Positions 28,965 to 39,600 of a stretch of 64,000 nt of DNA are shown piece after piece. The translations under genes and the position numbers were made by a program. This DNA is from Pseudomonadota bacterium. GTDB taxonomy: Bacteria > Desulfobacterota > Desulfobacteria > Desulfobacterales > JBDRRP01. The DNA lies in NCBI GenBank assembly GCA_043825735.1, contig JBDRRP010000041.1, forward strand, positions 1-64,000. The letters run 5' to 3'. The notes beneath the pieces were generated by a model. It searched no databases and had not been told where the DNA came from. It saw only the letters and a list, made by a program, of their open reading frames with translations. Position 1 is the first letter of the stretch; every line of letters begins with the position of its first letter.

Positions 28965-30164
28965 ATGCAAAAACGTTTTGTCTTCGACCGTATGGAACTA
29001 GCGGGCTCACTGGGGGACCTGGGAACGTTGCTGCCCATCGCGGCGGCCATGGTACTCATCAACGGATTGAGCCCGACAGGCCTGTTTTTCAGTATTGGGG
29101 TCTTTTACATTCTGGCCGGGATTTTTTTTGGCGTGACCGTGCCGGTCCAGCCCATGAAGGTCATCGGCGCGTATGCCATCGCCACCGCCATGCAGCCGGA
29201 ACAGATTCAGGCGTCCACGCTGCTCATGGCCGCGTTCTTACTGATCGTCAGCGTCACCGGGACCATAGAAGCCATCCGAAAGATGACGCCCAAAAGCGTC
29301 ATCCGGGGCGTTCAACTCTCCACCGGCGCGATCCTTATCGCCGGCGGCATCAAACTGATGTTGGGTACCAGCACCTTTCAGGTGCTGCAACATGCCGCTG
29401 AACCCTACCTGGCCATACAGAAGCTGGGATGGGTGCCCATTGGCCTGGTGATCGGAGCGGCGGGTGGGGTGGTCACCCTGCTGCTTCTGGAGAACCGGAA
29501 ATATCCATCCGGCCTGGTGGTCGTACTGGGGGGCATGGCCCTGGGTCTGGCGCTCGGTACCCATGTCGGTTTTGAGACCATGAGCCTTGGTGTGTACTGG
29601 CCCGCTTGGATGCCGTTTGGCTTTCCGGCGCTGCCGGACTTCAGCTTCGCGCTGTTCACGCTGGTGCTGCCGCAACTGCCCATGACACTGGGAAATGCCG
29701 TCTTCGCCTACACGGATTTGTCCCGGGACTACTTCGGGAAGGATTCCGCCCGGGTAACCAACCGCAATGCCTGCCTGAGCATGGCCGCCGCCAATTGCCT
29801 CAGTTTCGCGTTCGGGGGGATGCCGCTGTGCCACGGGGCCGGCGGTCTGGCAGCCCACTACCGCTTCGGCGCGCGCACGGCCGGCTCCAATATCATGATC
29901 GGGACCATCTTCGTAGGACTCACCATCGTCCTGGGAAAACATATCGTAACGGTCATCCACCTGATACCCATGGCCGTGCTTGGCATTCTTCTGGTCTTTG
30001 CCGGTCTTCAACTGGCGATGACCATCATGGACCTCGAAGAACGCCGGGATTTTTTCGTGGCCATGATCATTTTAGGCATCACACTGGCCACCAACCTGGC
30101 CGCAGGCTTTCTCTGTGGTATCGCCGTCGCATATTTGCTCAAGTGGGAAAGACTGTCCGTTTGA
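28965..30164 (+). CDS. putative molybdate/sulfate transporter (MOT1 family)
   Basis: ELAGSLGDLGTLLP, PVQPMK, GGMPLCHGAGGLAAHYRFGAR. Confidence 0.9.
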   Translation: MQKRFVFDRMELAGSLGDLGTLLPIAAAMVLINGLSPTGLFFSIGVFYILAGIFFGVTVPVQPMKVIGAYAIATAMQPEQIQASTLLMAAFLLIVSVTGTIEAIRKMTPKSVIRGVQLSTGAILIAGGIKLMLGTSTFQVLQHAAEPYLAIQKLGWVPIGLVIGAAGGVVTLLLLENRKYPSGLVVVLGGMALGLALGTHVGFETMSLGVYWPAWMPFGFPALPDFSFALFTLVLPQLPMTLGNAVFAYTDLSRDYFGKDSARVTNRNACLSMAAANCLSFAFGGMPLCHGAGGLAAHYRFGARTAGSNIMIGTIFVGLTIVLGKHIVTVIHLIPMAVLGILLVFAGLQLAMTIMDLEERRDFFVAMIILGITLATNLAAGFLCGIAVAYLLKWERLSV

Positions 30165-30326
30165 CCTCCGGAATCGATGTCGGCCATGACAGGCCGTGTC
30201 CGTCTGGAGGCGCGGCTGATCGACGCATCACCGTGCGGGAAAAGCGAATCCGATCAAAAAGAGTGCGCCGGGCACCACCGGCACCCGGCGCAGATTAAAC
30301 ATACGCCCACACACAACCATCAGCGA

Positions 30327-30440
30327 CTACTTCACCTTCACCTCGATCTGCTTGGGTTTGGCCGCGGCGGTTTTGGGGATGTCGAGTGCCAGCATGCCGT
30401 CCTTGAATGTCGCCTCGATCCTGCCAGCGTCGACATTTTC
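30327..30440 (-). pseudogene. Hsp20/alpha-crystallin C-terminal remnant
   Basis: ENVDAGRIEATFKDGMLALDIPKTAAAKPKQIEVKVK* is an Hsp20 C-terminus. The upstream frame has no Hsp20-like sequence. Confidence 0.75.
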
Positions 30441-30645
30441 GCAATCGCGCGGCACTGTTTTACATATTGTCAATCCCGCTGACACTGCCGGCGGCGCCCC
30501 CTCCCAATCAGTAGCGGGCGGGGCCGGTTCACTCATCGATGGCCGTGGCAGGGCGGCGGCAGGTGTGGTATGTCAACCATCTCAGGATACGCGCATCGGG
30601 GCATCATGCCTCCGGCGCGGGCACTGTTAATGGAGGCAACGACTG

Positions 30646-30963
30646 TTGGTGGCGACCCCATCAGAATCCGCATGGCATATCTACATCCTCGACTGCGATG
30701 GGCGCTATTACTACACCGGAATCACCACGGATGTGGCGCGCCGAACGCGGCAGCATCAAATGGGGAAATCCCCCGGAGCGCGGGCCACCCGGGGGTTCAC
30801 CCGTATTGAACGGGTGTATGCCGTCGCCATCGGCGCGCGCAGCGCGGCCCAGCGCGTCGAATACCGTTTGAAGAGATTGTCCAGGGAAGAAAAACGGCGC
30901 ATCGTTCAGGAGCAACCGCCGGCGACGCAGTTGATGAATCGACTGGGCATTGTCGCCGAGTAA
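30646..30963 (+). CDS. GIY-YIG nuclease family protein (UPF0213-like)
   Basis: WHIYILDC..YYTGITTDVARRTRQH..GARATRG..EYRLKRL. GGAGG RBS upstream. Confidence 0.85.
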   Translation: MVATPSESAWHIYILDCDGRYYYTGITTDVARRTRQHQMGKSPGARATRGFTRIERVYAVAIGARSAAQRVEYRLKRLSREEKRRIVQEQPPATQLMNRLGIVAE

Positions 30964-31182
30964 TCAGCCGCCCGCATGTCTGCACATGGGATAACGTGCT
31001 GTGTCACGGATGTTTGTACCAAAGGGCTTTTGGTTGAACGGTGTGCCATCGAAAAAGAAACGTCAACTGCTGATTATGAATAAAAACATCCAATGTTTTC
31101 AGATGGTTGTTGACTTTTCTTTTAAAATAAGGTACTTATATCCAAAAATATTCTCAACCTACTAATATTATGAGATAAAATA

Positions 31183-31560
31183 ATGTGCAAGGCGCTGATC
31201 ATCGATGATGAGGATGCCATCTGCCGGCTGATTATTTACGCCCTGGCACGCAATGACATCGACGCCGACATCGCCACCGACAGTTCCGAAGGCATCACCA
31301 AGTTCGAACAGGAAGATTTTGATGTGGTCATCACGGACATGCTCATGCCAGGGGTCGACGGCAACGGCATCGCCCAGCACATCCGCAATTCAGCCAAGCC
31401 CGCGACCCCCATCATCGGCATCAGCGGCACGTCATGGCTGATTGACCAGCATCACTTCAACGCCGTATTCGAAAAACCCTTCCCCATTCATCTTCTGGTG
31501 GACACCGTCAAGAACCTCACCAACATCCCACTCGACACCCTCGCCGTTGCCAAGTCTTAA
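31183..31560 (+). CDS. single-domain response regulator
   Basis: LIIDDE, VITDMLMPGVDG, KPF. Confidence 0.88.
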   Translation: MCKALIIDDEDAICRLIIYALARNDIDADIATDSSEGITKFEQEDFDVVITDMLMPGVDGNGIAQHIRNSAKPATPIIGISGTSWLIDQHHFNAVFEKPFPIHLLVDTVKNLTNIPLDTLAVAKS

Positions 31561-31795
31561 TGCCGATGGCCGGGGCGCAGATTCGTTTGTTCACGGCATG
31601 GCGGGTTTGCCAGAGTTCAGCGCGGCGTCTATGCTTGCACAGGTATCTATGCATCGGCGCCGGCAAGGTCAGTGACAAGCAGGCCATCGGACGGGTTGAG
31701 GCCATCTAAGGATAACGCATGACGCCGGGGAAAGAATGAAACGGAACATTTTTCTGACAAGTACTATAAACCGGATTTGAAAGGACAATCCAACG

Positions 31796-34597
31796 CTATG
31801 GTTTGTCCTCATCCAATGCTTCTCGCACTTTGGCGCCAAGGTTTTCCCTGGAAAACGGTTTCTGGATGAAATTTACCCCCTCGTCCAAAACACCGTGATG
31901 GGCGATGACGTTGGCGGTGTATCCGGACATGAAAAGACGCTTGAGATTAGGATAGAAAGACAAGATGTTCTTTGCCAAGTCCCGGCCGTTCATTTCGGGC
32001 ATGACCACATCGGTCACGAGCAGATCGATCATGCCGGTGTACTGATGGGCAAGACGGATGGCTTCGCCCGGGGTTCTGGCTGCCAGCACGGCATAACCCA
32101 GTCTTTCGAGCATCATTGTTGTCATTCTCAGAATCGCCAGCTCGTCTTCCACCAGCAGGATCGTCTCATGGCCGCGCCCCCGGGGTGGGTACACCTCCTT
32201 TTCTGACAAGTGGGGCGTCTTTGTCAGATGCCGCGGCAGGTATATCCTGAATGTCGTCCCCTGGTCAGGTTCGCTGTAAACATTGATGAAGCCCTCATTT
32301 TGCTTGACCACGCCGTATACCGTGGCCAGCCCCAGACCGGTGCCCTTGCCGGATTCCTTGGTGGTGAAAAATGGTTCGAAAATGTTGCCCAGCGTTTCAG
32401 CGTCCATGCCGCAGCCGTTGTCGCTAACTGCCAGCAGTACATATTCCCCGGGCAAAAACCCTAAGTGATCGTTGCAGTAGGGCTCGTCGAACTCGGCATT
32501 GCCCGTTTCGATGGTGATTTTGCCGACATCCGCGATGGCGTCCCGGGCGTTGACGCAAAGATTGGCCAGAATCTGGTCGATCTGGCTGGGGTCCATTTTC
32601 ACCGGCCACAGATTCTCGCAGGGCCGCCACGCCAGATCGATATCCTCTCCGATGAGGCGCTGCAGCATCCGGGTCATCCCCCCCACGGTCTTGTTAAGAT
32701 CGAGCACCTTGGGGGCCACGGTCTGTTTGCGCGCGAAAGCCAGAAGTTGCCGTGTCAGGTCGGCGGAGCGCTCACCGGCATTTTTGATTTGTTCCAGGTT
32801 GGCGTAAAGCGCCTGCGCCGGGTCTACCCCCTCCATGGCCATATCCGCATGACCGATAATCACGCTCAGCATGTTGTTGAAATCGTGGGCCACACCGCCG
32901 GCCAGCCGACCCACGGCTTCCATCTTCAACGCCTGGCGCAGCCTTGCCTCGAGATCCTCTTTTTCCTTTTCAGCGCGCTTGCGCTCGGTGATGTCCTGAA
33001 TGACGCCGTGTACCTTTACGGGGTTGCCGTCGGCACCGAAAATCAAATCCGCCTTTGAATGAATAAGGGTCAACCCCGCTCTTCCTTTGGAATTGATTTC
33101 ATATTCGATGTCGTAGACTTTTTTCTTGGTTACCAGGTCCACAAGGGCCTGATTCACTTTTTTGGCATCAAGGATGCAGCTCTCGATTTCATCGAGGGGA
33201 AGAAACTCGGAAGTCCGCTCGATACCGTAAATCCTGAACGCTTCTTCTGATCCCCACACCTTTCCGGTAGTGATATCGTATTCCCAGTTGCCAATCTTGG
33301 CAGTCTCCTGGGCTTTCTTAAGGCGTGCCTCGCTTCTCTGGAGCGCTCTTTGCGCGTCCAGTTGCGCTGTAATATCCCTGGCGACGCCGAAGGTGCCGAC
33401 AATATCCCCATTTTCGCTGCGGCGAGGCAAGCTTGTGAAATGACAGGTGACCCCGGATTTAAAGGTAAGGGTGTTCTCCAGCGATTCCCCCATCAGTGTT
33501 CTTTTGTATACATCTATGAGTGAAGGGCGGTCGGCCTCGATAAACAAAGGCAGAAATGGTTTTCTAATGAGGTCATTCCGTGAAAATCCGGTGACCCGCT
33601 CTCCGGCTGAATTCACCCAGACGAGATTCCCCTGATTGTCGGCCCGATAAGCAATGTCTGACATGTTCTCCAGAAACAGCTCCGATTCCTTGAGGGCGTC
33701 TTCGGCCTGCCTGCGATCGGTAATGTCTCGAATGAAACACACGCATTGGCCATTTTCTTCTGAACGGAATTGAATACTGATCTCAACATCGAAAATAGTG
33801 CCATCTTTGCGACGATGTTTGGATTCAAAACGATCTGATCCTTGAATGGCGATTTTTTGCATGTGTTCAGCGACAAGTCGGGGCGTTTCGACGACCTCCA
33901 GGCTTGGAATACGCAGTGTCAAAAGTTCATCTTCACTGTAGCCGCTCATACGGCAATAGGCATCATTGACTTCGATCAGCCGCCCATCAGTATCCGTTAG
34001 CCAATAGCCATCCATTGCAGATCTGAGGATGGATCTATGCCGCTTCTCGCTGTCTTCGATTAGTTTCCGGTGTTCCATCTCCTTAAGTTTTTTCAAACCA
34101 CTTTCAGAGATAACAGCAATCAGCCCTTTGATGAAGAACAGATAGTTTTTGAGTTGCTCCGGTGTCCAGATCGGCACTCTTTTGACCGCCATAAGATATG
34201 CATCTTCGTCAAACCCGTACTTTTGGGCTTGAGCGCGGAAGAATTCCAAATCCGGCGCTTCCAGAAAAAACTGGCCGGTAAAATAGTTTCCGTAATGGAT
34301 GCCTTCAATGATAATGGGTGTCGCATTGTCCACCAAACCGTGGGGACAACGGTAACTCACAGCCGGATTCGCTTCATGTATATGATCTTTTATGTATTGG
34401 TCGCTCTTGATGCAGAGCTTTTCACAATCTTTGTTTTTTCTGTGGAACTGAGTGCAAATGTCCTGCCACGCAGTGGCGGTAAGGATGTTGCCGTCGTTGT
34501 CTATTATCGATGAAGGGAAAGAATATATTTCATTTAACCTGTCCTGCAGATTCTGAAAATGTTCCATGTCAATCAGATCTTGAAGCTTATATTTCAT
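31796..34597 (-). CDS. PocR-PAS-PAS-PAS hybrid histidine kinase with receiver domain
   Basis: WQDICTQFHR..YRCPHGL (PocR), three PAS domains, GGVAHDFNN, GKGTGLGL, C-terminal REC. Confidence 0.92.
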   Translation of the reverse strand: MKYKLQDLIDMEHFQNLQDRLNEIYSFPSSIIDNDGNILTATAWQDICTQFHRKNKDCEKLCIKSDQYIKDHIHEANPAVSYRCPHGLVDNATPIIIEGIHYGNYFTGQFFLEAPDLEFFRAQAQKYGFDEDAYLMAVKRVPIWTPEQLKNYLFFIKGLIAVISESGLKKLKEMEHRKLIEDSEKRHRSILRSAMDGYWLTDTDGRLIEVNDAYCRMSGYSEDELLTLRIPSLEVVETPRLVAEHMQKIAIQGSDRFESKHRRKDGTIFDVEISIQFRSEENGQCVCFIRDITDRRQAEDALKESELFLENMSDIAYRADNQGNLVWVNSAGERVTGFSRNDLIRKPFLPLFIEADRPSLIDVYKRTLMGESLENTLTFKSGVTCHFTSLPRRSENGDIVGTFGVARDITAQLDAQRALQRSEARLKKAQETAKIGNWEYDITTGKVWGSEEAFRIYGIERTSEFLPLDEIESCILDAKKVNQALVDLVTKKKVYDIEYEINSKGRAGLTLIHSKADLIFGADGNPVKVHGVIQDITERKRAEKEKEDLEARLRQALKMEAVGRLAGGVAHDFNNMLSVIIGHADMAMEGVDPAQALYANLEQIKNAGERSADLTRQLLAFARKQTVAPKVLDLNKTVGGMTRMLQRLIGEDIDLAWRPCENLWPVKMDPSQIDQILANLCVNARDAIADVGKITIETGNAEFDEPYCNDHLGFLPGEYVLLAVSDNGCGMDAETLGNIFEPFFTTKESGKGTGLGLATVYGVVKQNEGFINVYSEPDQGTTFRIYLPRHLTKTPHLSEKEVYPPRGRGHETILLVEDELAILRMTTMMLERLGYAVLAARTPGEAIRLAHQYTGMIDLLVTDVVMPEMNGRDLAKNILSFYPNLKRLFMSGYTANVIAHHGVLDEGVNFIQKPFSRENLGAKVREALDEDKP

Positions 34598-34978
34598 CCT
34601 TCAACTCCAATTTGATGTAATTCAGAAAGATTTTCAATTCTGCAGTTGAGCATGCCTGCATCATCCTTGAGCGCTGCACGTTTCAAGCATTCCTATGATA
34701 TCCGAAACCAGCGGCAGGCCCAATCCAGCGGTGGTCAGAGGCCAATCTGAAATGGTATTTTAAGATACTCCAGGATGGATTGCGGGCGCAACCATGAACT
34801 GTACATAGCTCAAGGCTTTACAGAGATATGACATCAACAACCCGCGGCAGGGGTGGTTACACGGAAGGCCTGCGGTAAGGTTTACTACGTTCCTCGAATC
34901 ATTTTTTTATGAGAATAATTATGACATTCCTCAGCATGCAATAACCATAGCCCATATTCAAGTGCCGTTGCACAACCG

Positions 34979-36265
34979 TCAGGCATCCTTTTCCAGGGCC
35001 GTCACCGCATACACAGACACCGGCTCAGCCACATTTTTTACGGTGCTTTTGCCCAAGGCGGTGGCCGTGCAGCGATCCTTCACAAGCCGGTATGTCTCCT
35101 CTCCGCAAAACAGCTCTTTGCCGGAGGAAAGCGCGGCGATGCGGGCCGCCAGCACCGTGACCAGACCCGATGCCGTGTAGGTATAGCGATCGCCCGCCGG
35201 GCTGACGATCCGGGTGCACCCCACCAGGGCCGTGCCGGAATTCACCCCGAGATGCAGGTTTACGTTTCCCCAGGGGTATCTGCCTTCCGCATTGATGCGC
35301 CGGTTCTCGGCAATGATGGCCAGCCCGGACCTCAGGGCGGCCCCGGCATGATCCGCCACGCTGTTGCTGTCAAAGATCACCATGAGCCCGTCGCCTGCCG
35401 TCTCGTTGACTTCCCCGCCGTTGGCCTGAATGCTGTCGAGAAAAGCGGAAAAATGCCGCTCGACCATGTCGTTGACCAGGCGGTGATCATAGCGTTCGGT
35501 GATGGCGGAAAAACCGGCGATGTCGATGAAGAGCACGCTGACGTCCCGCGCCTCCTTTTCCAGAGGGATCCCCTCCGGTCTGCTCTCGAGCATCTTCTGG
35601 ACACTGTGGGGGACGAACTTGGTCAGTTCGGCCTTCATCCGGTTGAGTGTTTCGAACCGGACCAGGGTCTCCTCAAGACGCTGGGAGTAAAGTTTGACAT
35701 CACGGTAAAGGGCGGCGTTTTCCAGAGCGATCGCCATGTAGTGGGAAAGCGCGCTGACCACGGTGATGTCCCGGACGGTAAACGCGCCGTCGATTTTGTT
35801 CAGCGCCTGAAAGACCCCGATCTGCTCCCCTTGTCGGTTGCGAATGGGCAGGCAGAGCATGTTCCGTGTCCGGAACCCCGTTGCTCGGTCGACATCGGGA
35901 TTGAAACGCTCATCGGCATACACGTCGTCCACCACGGCCACGGTCCGGTGCGTGAATGCCCAGCCGACGAGACCGGCATCGGTCGGGATCCGGATTTCAT
36001 TGCTTTTCATCTCGGTGGCCACCAGGGACCAGAGTTCGCCCGCGGCGGCATCAAAGAGAAACAGCGTGCTGCGCTCGATATGAAGAATCCGGTTGGTCTG
36101 CTCGATGATGACGCCGAAAAGCGCGTTCAAATCCATCTCGGAAGTGATCAGCTGACCGATGTCCATCAACTGGCGATACTGCTGCAGGGCCTCGTTGATC
36201 TCGATATCCTGTCGCCGCCGCCCGATGCCGCGCTTTATTTGGGGTAAGGCTTTGTCTTCGACCAT
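34979..36265 (-). CDS. GAF-domain class III nucleotidyl cyclase
   Basis: FNPDVDRATGFRTRNMLC..ALNK (GAF); FIDIAGFS, NETAGDGLM, YTASGLVTVLAARI. Confidence 0.88.
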   Translation of the reverse strand: MVEDKALPQIKRGIGRRRQDIEINEALQQYRQLMDIGQLITSEMDLNALFGVIIEQTNRILHIERSTLFLFDAAAGELWSLVATEMKSNEIRIPTDAGLVGWAFTHRTVAVVDDVYADERFNPDVDRATGFRTRNMLCLPIRNRQGEQIGVFQALNKIDGAFTVRDITVVSALSHYMAIALENAALYRDVKLYSQRLEETLVRFETLNRMKAELTKFVPHSVQKMLESRPEGIPLEKEARDVSVLFIDIAGFSAITERYDHRLVNDMVERHFSAFLDSIQANGGEVNETAGDGLMVIFDSNSVADHAGAALRSGLAIIAENRRINAEGRYPWGNVNLHLGVNSGTALVGCTRIVSPAGDRYTYTASGLVTVLAARIAALSSGKELFCGEETYRLVKDRCTATALGKSTVKNVAEPVSVYAVTALEKDA

Positions 36266-36329
36266 ACGAAAAGCTTTCCGTTATATGGTTATGCAGTATG
36301 CACCAGATGGTCTGTTCGCAAAGAGCGAT

Positions 36330-36640
36330 TGAACCACGAAGGACACGAAGATTATCAAATCGAATGAAAACCAATACTCTCGCTAAGACGCAAAGCGCGC
36401 AAAGAACTGCAAGTTTGCCGAACCCTGGAAATCGACATCATTTCTGCCATCGATGGCGGGCACCTAATGTAAAAACGAATTCGCGCCGCAGGCGTCACCA
36501 CCCTGATTTTCTTGGCGTCCTTGGCGCCTTGGCGAGAGGATCTCTATTTGGTTTTTCCATTCATCATTCGACGTTGGATGTTCGATGTGGGACGTTCATT
36601 TTTTTCCGCAGTTCTCAGCGCCTCTGCGTCTCTGCGCGAG
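36330..36640. repeat. palindromic/periodic intergenic repeat cluster
   Basis: CACGAAGGACACGAAG; inverted arms near 36378-36407 and 36509-36537; 40 bp core and right arm shared with 22902-23056. Confidence 0.75.
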
Positions 36641-36693
36641 TCATTGGTGTTTCGCTTCTCTACGAAGCGCCACGGTGGTCAAAACGGCCGGCG

Positions 36694-39600
36694 TCAGCCC
36701 CCGCCCAGGTGCGCTTTCAGAAACCGCGCCGTGTGGGACCGATCCCAGGCCGCCTGGATATCGGCGGGGGTGCCCGCGACCACCAGTCGCCCGCCGGCGT
36801 CGCCGCCTTCGGGTCCCAGGTCGATGACCCAGTCCGCCGCGGCGATGACGTCCAGGTTGTGCTCGATCACCACCACCGTGTTGTTGTCGTCCACCAGGCG
36901 CTGGAGCACGTCCAGCAGCAGATGCACGTCCGCCACGTGAAGACCGGTGGTGGGTTCGTCCAGAATGAAGAAGCAATGCCCGCGCAGCGGCTTGAAGAGT
37001 TTTTTGGCCAGCTTGATGCGCTGGGCCTCGCCGCCGGACACGGTGGGGCTTGGCTGGCCCAGGCGCAGGTAGCCCAGCCCGATGTCACAGACAAACTGCA
37101 CCGCCTGCCGGATCACGGGAACCGCGGAAAAAAACCGCGCCGCCTCGGCAAAGGTCATGTCCAGCACGTCGGCGATGGTCTTTCCCTTGTAGCGGATGGC
37201 CAGGGTGTCGGTGTTGAACCGCCGCCCCCCGCAGCGATCGCAGCGCACATAGACATCCGGCAGAAAGCTCATTTCCACCCGGGGGTGCCCCTGCCCCTTG
37301 CAATCCTCGCAGCGGCCGCCGGCCACGTTGAAACTGAACCGGCCAGGGGTGTAACCCCGGGCGCGCGCGTCCTGAGTCGCGGCAAAAAGCCGGCGGATGT
37401 CGTCCAGAAACCCCACGTAACTGGCCGGCACGGACCGGGGGGTGCGGCCGATGGGACTGTGGTCCACTTCCCGGACATGCTCAACGGCCCCCCAGCCGTC
37501 GATGCCGGTAAAACCGGCCTCGTCGTGACGGTGGTCCAGAAGGCGGTTCTCAAGCCCCTGAAGCAGGGTGCCCTTCACCAGGCTCGACTTGCCCGATCCG
37601 GAAACACCGGTCACCGCCACCAGCGCATTCAGCGGGAAATCCACCGAAATTTTCTTGAGGTTGTGGGTGCTCGCCCCTTTCACGGTGATACGCGCGCCGC
37701 CGCCCACCTCCCGTTGCCGGGCCCCGTTGGTGTTGGCCGGCGCCCCGATGAATGCGCCGGTCACCGATGCCGGGGCTTTTTGAATATCGGCCAGGGTGCC
37801 GATGGCCACCACCTGCCCCCCCTGCCGACCCGCACCCGGCCCCAGGTCGATAATGGTATCGGCGGCCCGGATGGTCTCCTCGTCATGCTCCACCACCAGC
37901 ACGCTGTTGCCCCGGTCGCGCAGATGCCTGAGGGCGTCCACCAGCATCCGGTTGTCCCGGGGATGGAGCCCGATGGTGGGCTCGTCCAGAATGTAGCAGA
38001 CTCCGGTGAGATTCGACCCCAACTGAGCGGCCAGGCGCACCCGCTGGGCCTCGCCGCCGGAGAGTGTGTCGCCGCTGCGGCTGAGACTCAGATAGCCCAG
38101 CCCGAGGCGCTCCAACAGAGATAACCGGGAAACGATCTCGGTGACGATGGGCTCCGAAATAGCGGCCAGGCGGTGCTCGAAGGACAGCGCGGCGACCTCG
38201 TCCGCCAGCGCCCCGGCCGGCCGGCTCACCATATCCCAGATGGTGCGGCCATCGATACGCACAGCCAGGGCTTCCGGCCGCAGCCGGCTTCCGCAGCAGG
38301 CCTCGCAGGGGCGCGCCGCAGCCGGCCGCTCGGGGGCTTTCTTCCGGCCCCGTCTGCGGACAGCGCCGCCGTCTTCGTCCTCGGCGGTTTCTTCCGATCC
38401 GCCGATGGTACCGAGCCCGTTGCAGACCGGGCAGGCCCCCTGGGGGTTGTTGAACGAAAACAGTCGAGGGTCCGGCGTTTCCACCCCCACGCCGCAATCG
38501 GGGCAGACCCCGGCCAGGCTGAAGCGCGTTTCACGGCCGGCCGCGTCCACGATAATAAGACTTCCGTCGCCTTCCTTGAGCGCCAGGTCCACCAGCGCGG
38601 CAAGGTCTTTTCGGGGCAGGGTCCCCACCACAGCGTCAATGTCGTGAAGATGGTATCGGCCGAGGGCCATCCCCGGGACAAGGTCGGTGAAAACACCGTC
38701 GATGCGGGCCTCGGCCACCCCGTTTTTAAGCAGACGGGAAAGAACCTCTTTATGGAACCCTTTGCGGCCGGCCACTTTGTTGGCCAGCACCCGGGCCTTT
38801 CGGGTCTTGAAGCGCTGCCGGATCTGTTCGATCATTTCGTCCCGGCTCTGCCGGATCACCGTTCGGCCGCAGCGCGTGCAGTGGGGGGTGCCCAGCTTGG
38901 CGAACATGAGCCGGAGAAAATGATAGATCTCGGTGAGGGTAGCCACGGTGGAGCGCCGGCTGGCATGGCTGACCCGCTGCTCGATGGCCACCGTGGGGCT
39001 CAGCCCCGTCACCACGTCCACATCCGGACGCTCCAGAATTTTCATGTACTGGCGCACGTAGGGCGCCAGGCTTTCCAGGTACCGCCGCTGCCCCTCCTCG
39101 AAAAGGATGTCGAAGGCCAGGGTGGATTTTCCCGAACCGGACACCCCGGTGAACACCACGAGCTGGTTTCGGGGAATGCTCAGGCTGATGTTTTTTAGGT
39201 TGTGCTCCCGCGCGCCCCGAACGGTAATCTGGCCGGTGTAGGGCGCCGGCATCTCCGCCACCTTCGGGACGGGGACTTTTCCCCCGGCAAGGGCGCTGGC
39301 ACCGCCGAGGCAGGCCTTGAGGTAGACACCGGTGTGAGACCCGGACATTTCGGAGACGGTCTCCGGCGTGCCGACGGCAACGATTCTCCCCCCGTCATCG
39401 CCCCCCTCGGGGCCCAGATCGATGACCCAGTCCGCGGCCTTGATCACATCCATGTTGTGCTCCACCACCACCACGCTGTGGCCGTCATCAACCAGCCGGT
39501 TGAGGCACTCCAGCAGGATCCGGATGTCTTCAAAGTGCAGCCCCGTCGTGGGCTCGTCAAAAATGAGCAGTTGCCGGCCCCGCCGCTCGGTGGTCAGGTA

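Noticed and set aside
30646..30963. GIY-YIG gene as a homing or mobile endonuclease
   Set aside because: Short stand-alone UPF0213-type protein with no intron, intein or flanking repeats.
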